Of a DNA stretch of 64,000 nucleotides, positions 9,357 to 18,728 are shown piece after piece. The notes beneath the pieces are model-generated. The model saw nothing but the letters and a program-made list of their open reading frames with translations. It did not search any database and was not told the DNA's origin. A program made the translations under genes and the position numbers. The stretch's first letter is position 1. Every line of letters begins with the position of its first letter. This DNA comes from a virus, in the IMG/VR virus record IMGVR_UViG_3300018080_000139, positions 31,868 to 95,867 of that record. One strand, given 5' to 3'.

Positions 9357-9368
9357 GAGGGACGGCAA

Positions 9369-9977
9369 GTGACGATAGGAAATTACGGTTTGGAATTTAC
9401 TTTCACCAATGAAACGGACGGGATCGTGTCCGCCAATCAGCTCGGGATCCCCGGCCTGGCCCCGGGAGAGACGGTAACGATTTATGAAAACAAGTTGCGC
9501 CCGGGGCATTTCGGCATGGTCGATGGGGGGAAACTCTCGGTGTCTCCGGAGCTTCCCCCCGACCTCGTGACGCGCGCGGCGTCGCTGAACTGGCAGGACT
9601 CGGAGTGGAGGAAACTCCTCGAGATGCTGGCCGCCAGCAAAGACAGCCTGGCTTTCGCTTCGGACGCACCGGCCACCGCCGACGTCGACGCCGAAGTCGA
9701 GGTGGAGCTTTTCCTGCTCGACGCGGCGGGAGTACCGATCCTGCTCGACTCCGAAGAGGAAGTGGACATCAGCGTGGACACCGGGCTGATCGTGGACGTG
9801 TCCGGTTACGTGTCCGGAGACTTGAACGACGTCGGGCCGATTCGCGCGAAGTGCGCGTCCGGGCTTATCACGATCACCGTGACCGACGACGCGGCCGAAG
9901 CGCAAACGATTTCGCTCGCAAACCCGTCGACCGCCGGACTGACCGTCACCGACACGCACGTCGTAACTTACAGTTAA
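9369..9977 (+). CDS. Acidic beta-rich protein, possible virion/head decoration protein
   Basis: AGGAGG RBS; V/T/D-rich C-terminal half; upstream of head genes. Confidence 0.6.
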   Translation: MTIGNYGLEFTFTNETDGIVSANQLGIPGLAPGETVTIYENKLRPGHFGMVDGGKLSVSPELPPDLVTRAASLNWQDSEWRKLLEMLAASKDSLAFASDAPATADVDAEVEVELFLLDAAGVPILLDSEEEVDISVDTGLIVDVSGYVSGDLNDVGPIRAKCASGLITITVTDDAAEAQTISLANPSTAGLTVTDTHVVTYS

Positions 9978-9990
9978 TAGGGAGCGCGGG

Positions 9991-10341
9991 ATGATGACGA
10001 TTTCCGTCAAGGGGGCCGTGCAGGTAAAAAACGAGCAGGGGCGCGTCGAATACTCGGAGCTGCTGGCGAAGGATTTTTCTGTTGCTGAACACTATATTCG
10101 GCATTTGAAAATAGCCGCCGGCTCCATAGACGCCAACCTGGACTTGGGCGGGGTGAGCGACATCACTTTCGCCCTGATCCTCTCTGATCTGCCCGTGGCC
10201 CCGAAAATAAACGGAGCCCTGTCGGCTCTCCCGGCCGGAAACATGTTTGTTTTCAGCGGATCGACGGGAAGCTACATCACAGACATTAAGCTGTCGAACG
10301 CGGCCGGCACGGACGCTAACTTGCGCGTTATTTTGGGGTAA
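9991..10341 (+). CDS. Small beta-rich protein, possible virion protein
   Basis: RBS, packing, alternating hydrophobic pattern. Confidence 0.65.
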   Translation: MMTISVKGAVQVKNEQGRVEYSELLAKDFSVAEHYIRHLKIAAGSIDANLDLGGVSDITFALILSDLPVAPKINGALSALPAGNMFVFSGSTGSYITDIKLSNAAGTDANLRVILG

Positions 10342-10345
10342 TGCC

Positions 10346-10627
10346 ATGAGTAGCAGCTTGACATATTACTACTACCTACAGGCCTTCCCGTACCCCCGCG
10401 CGGGATCGTATCCTCGGAGACCGCGAGACGAGGCGTTCGAGGAGAAAGTGGATCGTCCAATGTCCCCCAGCGCCAGAATGATAAATGAGAATTTGGCGAC
10501 GACCAAGGGGGCTATGCTGTGGTGGTATTGGGGGCTCGGTGCTTATCCGTACCCGACCGCCGGGCAATACAACAAGAAGAAAAAAAAGAAGCGAAAGGGG
10601 ATAAGCCCATGGGACTCGCTAACGTAA
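10346..10627 (+). CDS. Small aromatic/basic protein with internal repeat
   Basis: AFPYPRAGSY / AYPYPTAGQY repeat, poly-Lys; fills the gap between flanking genes. Confidence 0.55.
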   Translation: MSSSLTYYYYLQAFPYPRAGSYPRRPRDEAFEEKVDRPMSPSARMINENLATTKGAMLWWYWGLGAYPYPTAGQYNKKKKKKRKGISPWDSLT

Positions 10628-11019
10628 AAGTGGGGGGCTTCGCGTTCAAGGCGGACGTGGAGTTCAACGCGGACCCGCGCCAGAATATCGCATACATCTT
10701 GAAGATTTTGGGCGAGCCGGCGAGCAAGCTGTATCCGTCAGTGCCTTCGAACTCAGCCCCCCCTCCCGGACGCGGTTTGCAGTTCGACGTCCGCCCGGAG
10801 AGTGGGGACCCGATTCCCGGCGGCGTGGGCTTGCGCGCTGTCGGAATTCGCGAAGTCGTTACGGCTCCGCCGGGGGCGCTGGGGATTAACGATCCTTTCC
10901 CGGAGGATTACGGGACCCTCGAGGTTTTCGATCCGAACGACTCGGGCTACGAAGCCCCGTATCCTAATGACAGGTTTCCTTCAACCCCTCCGGAGCTTCC
11001 GGAAAAGACGTTTCCGTAA
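10609..11019 (+). CDS. Pro-rich hypothetical protein
   Basis: ATG 10609 after AAGGGG. Confidence 0.65.
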   Translation: MGLANVKVGGFAFKADVEFNADPRQNIAYILKILGEPASKLYPSVPSNSAPPPGRGLQFDVRPESGDPIPGGVGLRAVGIREVVTAPPGALGINDPFPEDYGTLEVFDPNDSGYEAPYPNDRFPSTPPELPEKTFP

Positions 11020-11028
11020 GGGGGGAAT

Positions 11029-11280
11029 TTGCTCGAGACAAAGATTTTTCCACCGAAAGATGCGGAGGCCTATGACTTCCATCGCGAGGCGTACTCGCCT
11101 TTTGTCAAGGTCTCTCTGCCTGGGGGCGGCGATGAGTACTCGTTGCTGTGGGAAGAGTTCGTCTCGTGGTTTCGTCGCGTGTGCCCGGCCTATTGGCCGC
11201 GCGATCGCGCGCAAACATATCTTTTCAACTTTCGAAAGTTGCGGTTTTTCCTTGAGACTCAGGATTTTATACCGCTGTAA
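11029..11280 (+). CDS. Hypothetical protein
   Basis: RBS AAGGGGG, packing. Confidence 0.6.
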   Translation: MLETKIFPPKDAEAYDFHREAYSPFVKVSLPGGGDEYSLLWEEFVSWFRRVCPAYWPRDRAQTYLFNFRKLRFFLETQDFIPL

Positions 11281-11292
11281 AGGAGAAAAATC

Positions 11293-11553
11293 ATGCCTAC
11301 CGGAATGGTTCGCGACTTGAAAATCATCCCGTCGCGTAAAGAGAACGGGAATGTCGACATCACCACGCCGCACGGAGACGAGATGGACGCCGTCTTCTCG
11401 GGCACTCCGGCCGCCGCCGCCGAATATCTCGTGGACAACCACGGGTTGACATTGCAGGCGGCTCAGGAGTGGATAGCCCGGGCGCGTGAGGTTCGAGGCA
11501 TCACGAAAGGCGTGGGATACACGCAGGTACACCCCGCCGTAGGCCTCGGCTAA
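11293..11553 (+). CDS. Hypothetical protein
   Basis: AAGGAG RBS. Confidence 0.65.
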   Translation: MPTGMVRDLKIIPSRKENGNVDITTPHGDEMDAVFSGTPAAAAEYLVDNHGLTLQAAQEWIARAREVRGITKGVGYTQVHPAVGLG

Positions 11554-11563
11554 CGGCGGCGGC

Positions 11564-13381
11564 GTGATGACTACGACAACGCCGAAATGGTTTCTCTACG
11601 ACTCGGTTCTACTGGATTACTCCATTACCGAGAGCGCTGAAGGGCTCTTGATTTTGCGCGGGAAGGTGCAGCACGCCGACATAAAAAACGACAACAACCG
11701 GGTGTATCGTTACTCCGTGCTGGACAAGGTTTTGAAAGCGCAAAAGGTAAGAGACCGGCTGCGTCGGCGTCTCATGGTCGGGGAGCTGGAGCATCCTGAA
11801 GACGGCATCACGAAATTCTATCGAGTTTCGCATCTGGTGACGGATCTCCGTTGGGGAGAGGGAAAGGTCGTCTTGGGCTCCTTCGAGATTTTCGATGACG
11901 TTCCGCATGGAATAATCGTGGCGCGCCTGATCCGTCGGGGGGTTCCTGTGGGAGCCTCCACGCGCGGGAAGGGGACGTCTCACGAGCAGGATGACGTCGA
12001 ATTCGTGGACGACAACTATGATCTGGAGACGGTCGACATTGTCTACAACCCTTCGACTCCGGGAGCGTACCCCAAGCCCGTGAAAGTTGCCATGTCCGGG
12101 GAACTTCCGACCTGGGAGCGAGATGAGGAGAAGACATCCAGAAAACTCGTGAGCCTGGCCGATGATGCGGGTCGGGTTCGCGTGGCCGCTTCACGCGGAA
12201 AAGCTAGCGATGAGGAGATACGGCGTTGTGAGAGGGACCTCTCGGGGGTGTCCGGACATGGCGACGCGCTCCTCGAGAAGTTTTGTGAGTTAATCAACAG
12301 GGACTTGAAGGAGGCCAGAAAAATGGCGAAAAGCAAGTTGACCGTCCCCGTCCAAGCGGTGAGCCAGATGATAGAGGCGATCCGGTCAGACGAGGAGGAA
12401 TACAAACCCCCCACCGAGGAGCGAAAGAAGCGGCGTAAGACCGAGCAGGAGGGGGACGAGTACGAAGAGCGGAAAAAGCGCCGGCGCAAATCGGAGCAGG
12501 CCGAATACGAAGACGAGTACGAAGAGCAAGATGACGAAGAAGGCTTGGACGACGAGGAGTACGAAGAGCGCAAGCGGCGTCGGAAAATGGAGGCGAAGAA
12601 GAAACGCCAGCGCAAATCGGAGCAGGCCGAATACGAAGACGAGTATGAGGAGCAAGATGACGAAGAAGGCTTGGACGACGAGGACGAGTACGAGGAGCAG
12701 GACGAGCCCGAAGAGGAGTACGAAGAGCAGGACGACGAAGAAGAAAAGCCCGCTCCTCCTCCCCCCGTCGAAAAGAAAAGCTTTCTCTCTCGCAAGGAGA
12801 GGAAATGCGAATCCGCCGGCGTGCTGAGAAAGGCTCTCGTCCGCGAGCGCAAGCTCAAAAACGCGCTCGTCGAGCGCGCGCGTCAGCTTCGCGCGGCAAA
12901 CTCCGTGTTGGCGTCGAAGCTCGACAGCTCTGTGGACTTGATCGCAAAAGTGGTCGAGCGGGTGGAGGCGGAGAAAAAGCGCCGTATCCTCTCGCGGGCG
13001 ACGGCCGAAAACCCGGAGATGGGAAATCTGCTCCCGGTGCTGGAGCGGTGCAGCGCACGCGAACTCGAAGAGGCTGTCCGTTTGGTGCAGGAAAGCAGGG
13101 AAACCAAAATGCGGGAAGAGGAAAGCCGTCGTCAGGAGGAAGCAGCTCGACGTACCCCGCCTTCGCGCAGAAGGTACACACCGCCGCCGGCCAGAACGCG
13201 AGAACTGATGGTCGAATCTCAGGATCTCCCCGCCGAGGACCTTCCGAAAAAGCAAGTGAAGGAAAACAAACTGTCTTTGGGAAGGATTCTCGAGGAGAGC
13301 CGCCACGGGGCGGATAGCGACTATTCGCGAATGGCCGATAACCTGATCGACGGCGGGCACCTTCCGCCCGGATGGATGTAG
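11564..13381 (+). CDS. Prohead protease (T4 gp21-like) fused to acidic/coiled-coil scaffolding region
   Basis: NDNNRVY, GELEHP, RVSH, GASTRGKG, DIVYNPSTPGAYP; directly upstream of the capsid gene. Confidence 0.9.
   Translation: MMTTTTPKWFLYDSVLLDYSITESAEGLLILRGKVQHADIKNDNNRVYRYSVLDKVLKAQKVRDRLRRRLMVGELEHPEDGITKFYRVSHLVTDLRWGEGKVVLGSFEIFDDVPHGIIVARLIRRGVPVGASTRGKGTSHEQDDVEFVDDNYDLETVDIVYNPSTPGAYPKPVKVAMSGELPTWERDEEKTSRKLVSLADDAGRVRVAASRGKASDEEIRRCERDLSGVSGHGDALLEKFCELINRDLKEARKMAKSKLTVPVQAVSQMIEAIRSDEEEYKPPTEERKKRRKTEQEGDEYEERKKRRRKSEQAEYEDEYEEQDDEEGLDDEEYEERKRRRKMEAKKKRQRKSEQAEYEDEYEEQDDEEGLDDEDEYEEQDEPEEEYEEQDDEEEKPAPPPPVEKKSFLSRKERKCESAGVLRKALVRERKLKNALVERARQLRAANSVLASKLDSSVDLIAKVVERVEAEKKRRILSRATAENPEMGNLLPVLERCSARELEEAVRLVQESRETKMREEESRRQEEAARRTPPSRRRYTPPPARTRELMVESQDLPAEDLPKKQVKENKLSLGRILEESRHGADSDYSRMADNLIDGGHLPPGWM
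12484..12684 (+). repeat. Two 75-nt direct repeats (12484-12558, 12610-12684) encoding RKSEQAEYEDEYEEQDDEEGLDDE
   Basis: Near-identical copies, two synonymous mismatches. Confidence 0.9.
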
Positions 13382-13419
13382 ACGACGCGCTACAAAGCGC
13401 AAAACGAAAGGAGAAAAGC

Positions 13420-14856
13420 ATGTTGATGCCACAGATAGAGGGGGTCCCCCCCATTGCCAACCTGGCGGAAAATCTCCAGATGGGCGGCCAGACAATCCTG
13501 GAACGCACCCAGGAGAAGGGAGCCAAGCTCGCCGCCGAGGATTGGAGTCACCTTTGCCGCCGCCTCCCGAAAAACATGCGGTGGCGAACCGCCATCCTGC
13601 TGGAAAACACGAAGTCTTACTTCAAGAACTTCAACGAGACCGTGCGCCAGCAAGCAATCGGGAACTTCGACAAGTTCGCCTTCCCGCTGATCCGGGCCAT
13701 ATACCCGAACCTGGTGGCCCAGGAACTCGTTTCCGTACAGCCCATGACCGGGCCCATCTCCCTGATTTTCTATCTCGACGCTTTGTACGGCTCGAACAAG
13801 GGGAGCGTCCAGGCGGGACAGGCCGCGTTCGATGCGGTCTCCGGCCCCAACGAAAACCCGTCTTACAGCTCCGAAGACGTCGAGCTGGAGCCGCTCGGCG
13901 CCGGCGACGACGCGGAGACGAACTTCACGGGAAACGTAGGATACACCCCCATATACCAGGGGACTGTGCAGGTGGCCGCCGGCGATGTCGTTGGTTGGGA
14001 CGATGGGGACGGCAACATAACCGGAACCGGGATTGCGGCGGGAAGCATCGACTACGACACCGGAGCCTACGACATCACTTTCTCTGTGGCCCCGGTGGGC
14101 GGGACGATCATCACGGCCTCGTACCGTTTCGACATGGAAGGCTCGGAACTGGTGCCGCAAATGGACATCGGGATGGTCTCCACCCCTGTCGTTGCCCAGC
14201 ACCACAAGCTGAGAATCCGCTGGTCGATCGAGGCTCAGGCTTCGGCCAGATCCCTCCACGGCCTGGACGCGCAAAGTGAACTCATGGCATTCACGGCGGA
14301 GGAACTCAAATTCGAAATCGACCGCCGTGTCATAAGGGACTTGTACAACATCGCCCTCGCCGGACACGTTTTCTGGCAGATCACCCAGCCGGCCGGCGTG
14401 AGCTTTACCGAACACAAGCTGTCTTACATCGACGCTTTGATCGAGCTGGGCAACTTGATTTTCCGTGCAACTCGGCGTGGGAACATGAATTTCATCGTGA
14501 CGTCCGTGGAGGTGGCAAATATCATCGAAAGCCTCCCCACTTTCGTCGCCGAGCCGAACGCTTTTTCGGTCCAGAGGACGGCGGGCGTGGTCAAGGTCGG
14601 CGTGCTCAACAACAGGTGGACCGTCTACAAAGACCCCTTCCTCGGTAACGGACAGCCGAACCCGAGAGTGTTTTTCGGCGGCTACAAAGGCGGGAGCTGG
14701 ATGGACGCCGGCTATGTCTTCGCTCCGTATCTCCCCCTGTACACGACTCCTACGATCTTTTTGGATGACTTCTTGGGGAGGAAAGGTTTGGGCATCGCCT
14801 ACGGAAAAAAGACGATCAACCCCAGATTTTACGGCACCGGCGAAGTCACCGCGTGA
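13420..14856 (+). CDS. Major capsid protein (T4 gp23 family)
   Basis: TAILLEN, PLIRAIYPNLVA.ELVSVQPMTGP, EIDR.VI, GYKG..W.DAGYVFAPY.PL. Confidence 0.95.
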   Translation: MLMPQIEGVPPIANLAENLQMGGQTILERTQEKGAKLAAEDWSHLCRRLPKNMRWRTAILLENTKSYFKNFNETVRQQAIGNFDKFAFPLIRAIYPNLVAQELVSVQPMTGPISLIFYLDALYGSNKGSVQAGQAAFDAVSGPNENPSYSSEDVELEPLGAGDDAETNFTGNVGYTPIYQGTVQVAAGDVVGWDDGDGNITGTGIAAGSIDYDTGAYDITFSVAPVGGTIITASYRFDMEGSELVPQMDIGMVSTPVVAQHHKLRIRWSIEAQASARSLHGLDAQSELMAFTAEELKFEIDRRVIRDLYNIALAGHVFWQITQPAGVSFTEHKLSYIDALIELGNLIFRATRRGNMNFIVTSVEVANIIESLPTFVAEPNAFSVQRTAGVVKVGVLNNRWTVYKDPFLGNGQPNPRVFFGGYKGGSWMDAGYVFAPYLPLYTTPTIFLDDFLGRKGLGIAYGKKTINPRFYGTGEVTA

Positions 14857-14867
14857 TTCGGGCAATC

Positions 14868-14891
14868 GCGGGGAGGGCTTTTCCTCCCCGC
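14868..14891 (+). terminator. 9-bp GC hairpin after the capsid gene (no U-tract; terminator or mRNA stabiliser)
   Basis: GCGGGGAGG-GCTTTT-CCTCCCCGC. Confidence 0.5.
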
Positions 14892-14940
14892 ACGCCCATA
14901 CACTAATTAGCCTGGAAAGCAGAAGAAAAGGAGAAGAGAA

Positions 14941-15423
14941 ATGACGCAGCAAACCCAACAGAAATTCATCAATAACCGACCGTACAGGGTGGTAGGCCTC
15001 AACGGAGCCGGCGGGCGGAAAGAAGTGGCCCCCGGGGCCGTGGTAGGCCCAGAGTTCGCAAGCCTCGTCAACCAGCGAAAAGGCCTCGTACCTTACGACG
15101 GGCCGCGCCCTCTCGGCCAGATGCAAAAAAGCGGAAAGGGAGCGCCCAAGCGCCCCAAATTCGCTCAGATGCTCGGGGCGAACGACGACGCGAAAGAGGC
15201 GCGCGACCGCGCCCAGAAAGCCAAGGCCATAGCCGGAGGTGAAGCCTATATGGATCAGAGTTATGAAGAGTGGTGCGACGTCGCCGCGCAAGGAAAACTC
15301 GAATCGTTTTCGCGTTCCCAACTTTTAGGACTCGGGCGTTTTGTGGGGATCGACTTTGCGGAGGCGACCGCGAAAAAAGACATCATAGGCACGCTCAGAA
15401 CCAAGCTCGCTCCCGGAAAGTAG
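14941..15423 (+). CDS. Hypothetical protein with C-terminal Rho-N/HeH-like domain
   Basis: LESFSRSQLLGLGRFVGI...KKDIIGTL; common position after the capsid gene. Confidence 0.65.
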   Translation: MTQQTQQKFINNRPYRVVGLNGAGGRKEVAPGAVVGPEFASLVNQRKGLVPYDGPRPLGQMQKSGKGAPKRPKFAQMLGANDDAKEARDRAQKAKAIAGGEAYMDQSYEEWCDVAAQGKLESFSRSQLLGLGRFVGIDFAEATAKKDIIGTLRTKLAPGK

Positions 15424-15430
15424 GTAGACG

Positions 15431-16486
15431 ATGGCAGAAGTAGTGCAGCGCTCCTCCTCTTTCAGCCCGCAAGGAAACTCGGCGCCAGACCTGCTGGTAA
15501 TTGAAACCAGTTTTCAGCGGGGCGGCCGGGCTGTCGCCGTGAGCGACCTGGTTTTGCGTGTGTTTTCGGATGGAGTGCAAATACTCCCAGACATTACGGC
15601 AAGCACGGAACCAGCAATCGAGCGTAAAGTGTCCGGGTGTGGAACGTACTACTTCGTCCGCCTCAATCCCGATGGTTTGGGGGAATCACCGCTGGAAGCC
15701 CGATGGTATGCCACCTACGACGGAAAGCCCTGGTGCCCCTCCCCCCAGATCACCATGGTCGCCACACAGTCGACCATGGATGGCGTCTTGCTATCGTCAG
15801 AGCTTCGCGACTGGATTTTGCGTAAGTTGGGCTGGCCGAAGCAGGGGGTGGAGCTGGACGAATCACAGATTTGCGATTCTATCGCAGACGCGCTTGCCGA
15901 ATACAATCAATACGTGCCGAGGTGGAAATATGGCGAGATCCGTCTCGTCACCGGGCGGAAAGCATACACTATAACCGAATTCGGCCGCGGGGTTTATGAT
16001 GTCCAATTTCGTCGGAAAGAAGGAACTCCGATCATCTCAGACCCTCTATTTGGTCGTCACTACCCCAGGTTTTCGCAGTTGGCTTTCGATGACTTCGTTT
16101 TGTCACAATCGCATTACGGGACGGTCCTTCGTGTCACTGGACAAGAGCCAATTTGGCGTTGGGATCCGGGGACCCCGACAAAAATTTTTATTGACACGGG
16201 TGAGTGGGATCGCTCCTTCTACGAGGTCACATATGCTTACGGGGTAGACCACCGCCTGGGAGACATCACGCCGGCGCACCAGCAAACTTTGAAACGTCTT
16301 GCCCTGGCGCGCGCCAAGATCGTTCTTGGAGAGATCCGCGAAAAATTCGGGGACTCTGTAATCACTCCAGGCGGGAACGTGCAGCTCAACGGCGGGAAGC
16401 TGAAGGATGAGGGGTTTCGGGAGGCGGAGGCCTTACAGGAGATACTGCAAGGCCTCGCCATCCCAATGTGGCCGATCTATGGCTAA
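15431..16486 (+). CDS. Neck/head-tail adaptor (T4 gp13-like) with N-terminal extension
   Basis: ELRDWILRKLGWP..VELDESQI; LGEIREKF...PGGNVQLNG. Confidence 0.85.
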   Translation: MAEVVQRSSSFSPQGNSAPDLLVIETSFQRGGRAVAVSDLVLRVFSDGVQILPDITASTEPAIERKVSGCGTYYFVRLNPDGLGESPLEARWYATYDGKPWCPSPQITMVATQSTMDGVLLSSELRDWILRKLGWPKQGVELDESQICDSIADALAEYNQYVPRWKYGEIRLVTGRKAYTITEFGRGVYDVQFRRKEGTPIISDPLFGRHYPRFSQLAFDDFVLSQSHYGTVLRVTGQEPIWRWDPGTPTKIFIDTGEWDRSFYEVTYAYGVDHRLGDITPAHQQTLKRLALARAKIVLGEIREKFGDSVITPGGNVQLNGGKLKDEGFREAEALQEILQGLAIPMWPIYG

Positions 16487-17032
16487 ATGTGGATAAGTGG
16501 GGGAAAAGCCGTGTACGACGCGGAGCTACCTGTAGACTTTACAGGCAATTACGACATAGAAGTATATCGCGCGCTCCATCTGGAAAACTGGAAGCGTGAT
16601 GTATCTTTTATGTGGTGGCGCCGCTTGATCCGTGATCCCCGCCTTGTCTACGATGCTGGCTACAGGTACGACGCACAATACAAGTACGACGAATACGATT
16701 CGGTAGACCCCCTCTACAACGAGGCAATGGAAAAACGCTACCACCCACCTGTTCGCATCAGGATTTTCTTTCAGGAGCAGGGGAACCAGGCGGACCTGTT
16801 CAAGCTTGGGATTATCGAGAGCCGGCCGGCAATCTGCAAGTTTTCGGTTTTCGCGCTGGAAGAGGCGGGCTTCTCCTCGGACGCTGTAGCTCCAGGGGAT
16901 TTGATTCTGTACGAGCAGCACGAGTACGAGATTTCGACTGTAATTGGGGATGTCGAGGCTCAGTGGTTGTCAAGCTCTATCCCATTCATCCTGCTTTGCA
17001 AACTCAACGTGGTTGACAGGATTTCAGCGTAA
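16487..17032 (+). CDS. Neck/head-closure protein (T4 gp14-like)
   Basis: Position; DPLYNE, KLGI, PGDLI...YEI. Confidence 0.7.
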   Translation: MWISGGKAVYDAELPVDFTGNYDIEVYRALHLENWKRDVSFMWWRRLIRDPRLVYDAGYRYDAQYKYDEYDSVDPLYNEAMEKRYHPPVRIRIFFQEQGNQADLFKLGIIESRPAICKFSVFALEEAGFSSDAVAPGDLILYEQHEYEISTVIGDVEAQWLSSSIPFILLCKLNVVDRISA

Positions 17033-17667
17033 TGGCGAAAAAACTGAAAATGGGAGTCTCCTTTCGGGGGGACACGCACAAGATGAAGCGCTACGTCGCG
17101 AAAGTCGCTCGGGAAGCCGGAATGAAGGCCGCCCGGGAATTTCTCCTCGAGCTGGGAGGAAGCTTTCTCTTCCGGCTGCAAGAGGCGATTTTGCGTCAGG
17201 ACCTCGATCTTGCAGCTCTCAGCAAGCCTTACGTGGAGTTCAAAAAGCGGGCCGACCTCGATCCTAGAACACTGATAGCTACAGGGGAATACGTCGAGTC
17301 AATCGAGATACAGGAACGGATGCGCGGTGAAAACTACATGGTTGTGGTCACTGTGCCTGACCGAGAGCATGAGACGTCAGGAGTGAATCTGCAGCTACTC
17401 GCGCGCGTGCTGGAGTACGGGAGCGTCAAAAACAACATACCTCCAAGGCCTCACTGGCGCGCAATCAAGGAGATGTTTTTGCTGCAAGAGGATATGATCT
17501 CTCGACGCGCCGAGGAGAAGATCGCGCGCGAAGTTCGTGAGGCGATAAAACGCGGGCGCGTCGAGGCGGCTTATCGCAAAGCCAGCGAGCAGTGGAAGGA
17601 GTTGAATCCAGCGGAGGAAGCGCGTCTGCACGGTGTGGCGGAGTCTTTTCGGAGTGGTCGTATATGA
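17032..17667 (+). CDS. Virion morphogenesis protein (HK97 gp10/Mu G-like)
   Basis: LIATG, ARVLEYGS..IPPRPHW. Confidence 0.75.
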   Translation: MAKKLKMGVSFRGDTHKMKRYVAKVAREAGMKAAREFLLELGGSFLFRLQEAILRQDLDLAALSKPYVEFKKRADLDPRTLIATGEYVESIEIQERMRGENYMVVVTVPDREHETSGVNLQLLARVLEYGSVKNNIPPRPHWRAIKEMFLLQEDMISRRAEEKIAREVREAIKRGRVEAAYRKASEQWKELNPAEEARLHGVAESFRSGRI

Positions 17668-18533
17668 GCATAAACAACCCACCCCCAGGAATCGAGTTTC
17701 TGTCCTCGTTCACAGAGGCAAATCCGGTAGACCAGCTCCGGCTTTATGACGACCAGATTAAGCGCTGGGTGCTTACTTTCAGCCATCCAGACATCAAGAC
17801 GCGATCGACAAGCGAGTGCGCGCCCAACGGACAGCCCGGGCCGATGTTTACTCAGATCGCGACGCCTGACCGGCCTTTCGCCGAGATGCGAAACCTGTAC
17901 AACAAGCAGCTTCCGGAGAGGGAGCGCCGGCGCGACCCGATTATCCGCCCGGACTTTCCGGCTTGTTCGATAACTCGCATGGGGCCGCAAAAAGACATGG
18001 GGCGCCGGCGTCACCGCGGGGTTTTTCGGCGTGCCGGGTGGGTTAGCGACCAGCAAAAAGAGGTATATCAGATTCCTTACCCGGACCCCTGGAATATACC
18101 CTATCAGGTCGACGTCACTGCGATAAACCGGCGCACGCTTAACCTCGTGCAGACATGGATGATGTTACAATTTGACGACGATCGCTTTTACGTCACTGTG
18201 GATTTTCGTCAGGTCCACGCCGAGGCCTACAAGTATCCTTATGTATTTCCGGTTCGCTTTGACTCTCTTGACGACACGAGCGATCTCGAGGTGGGGGATG
18301 GCGAGAGATTTTTTAGGCTGACCTTGACCGTGACGGTTGAGGCCATGCTCATGCGCCCGGTACGCAAAGTGCCGGTCGTGCATACCTACAACTACGATTT
18401 TTACGAGTACGAGGAGGCGAGGATTTCGCAGGCCGCGGAGAGGATGCCTGAATTCACGTTGGCGCCCCCTGTAGTTGCGGCGGAGCCTCCCGACGCGGTT
18501 ATCCTGGAAATCCAAACTGGAGGGATTCCCTAA
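17664..18533 (+). CDS. Tail terminator/sheath stabiliser (T4 gp15-like)
   Basis: Position before sheath; FPACSITR, PYPDPWNIPYQV, DTSDLE..ERFFR. Confidence 0.7.
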   Translation: MSINNPPPGIEFLSSFTEANPVDQLRLYDDQIKRWVLTFSHPDIKTRSTSECAPNGQPGPMFTQIATPDRPFAEMRNLYNKQLPERERRRDPIIRPDFPACSITRMGPQKDMGRRRHRGVFRRAGWVSDQQKEVYQIPYPDPWNIPYQVDVTAINRRTLNLVQTWMMLQFDDDRFYVTVDFRQVHAEAYKYPYVFPVRFDSLDDTSDLEVGDGERFFRLTLTVTVEAMLMRPVRKVPVVHTYNYDFYEYEEARISQAAERMPEFTLAPPVVAAEPPDAVILEIQTGGIP

Positions 18534-18724
18534 TGCCACACACGATCAAAAACAAGCTCCGGCAAATGCAGCCGGTGCTGGTAAAAGACACCGCCACCGG
18601 GAGATCGAAGGTCTTAAACCTCCTCCCGCGCGCGACGGTGGAGGTGGACAGCGCCGCCGTGACAGCGGACGTTGAGAAGAGGCATACGGCCGGCCTGGTC
18701 GTATTGACAGAGATCGGAGGTTAA
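18533..18724 (+). CDS. Small hypothetical protein
   Basis: Coupled between tail terminator and sheath. Confidence 0.6.
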   Translation: MPHTIKNKLRQMQPVLVKDTATGRSKVLNLLPRATVEVDSAAVTADVEKRHTAGLVVLTEIGG

Positions 18725-18728
18725 GAAC

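Noticed and set aside
12484-12740. CRISPR-like array
   Set aside because: Repeats are in-frame coding duplications; no repeat-spacer array or cas gene seen
13390-15321. 643-aa antisense ORF (also 38542-39813, 63079-63966 and many similar)
   Set aside because: Shadow ORFs opposite better-supported genes, expected in GC-rich coding DNA
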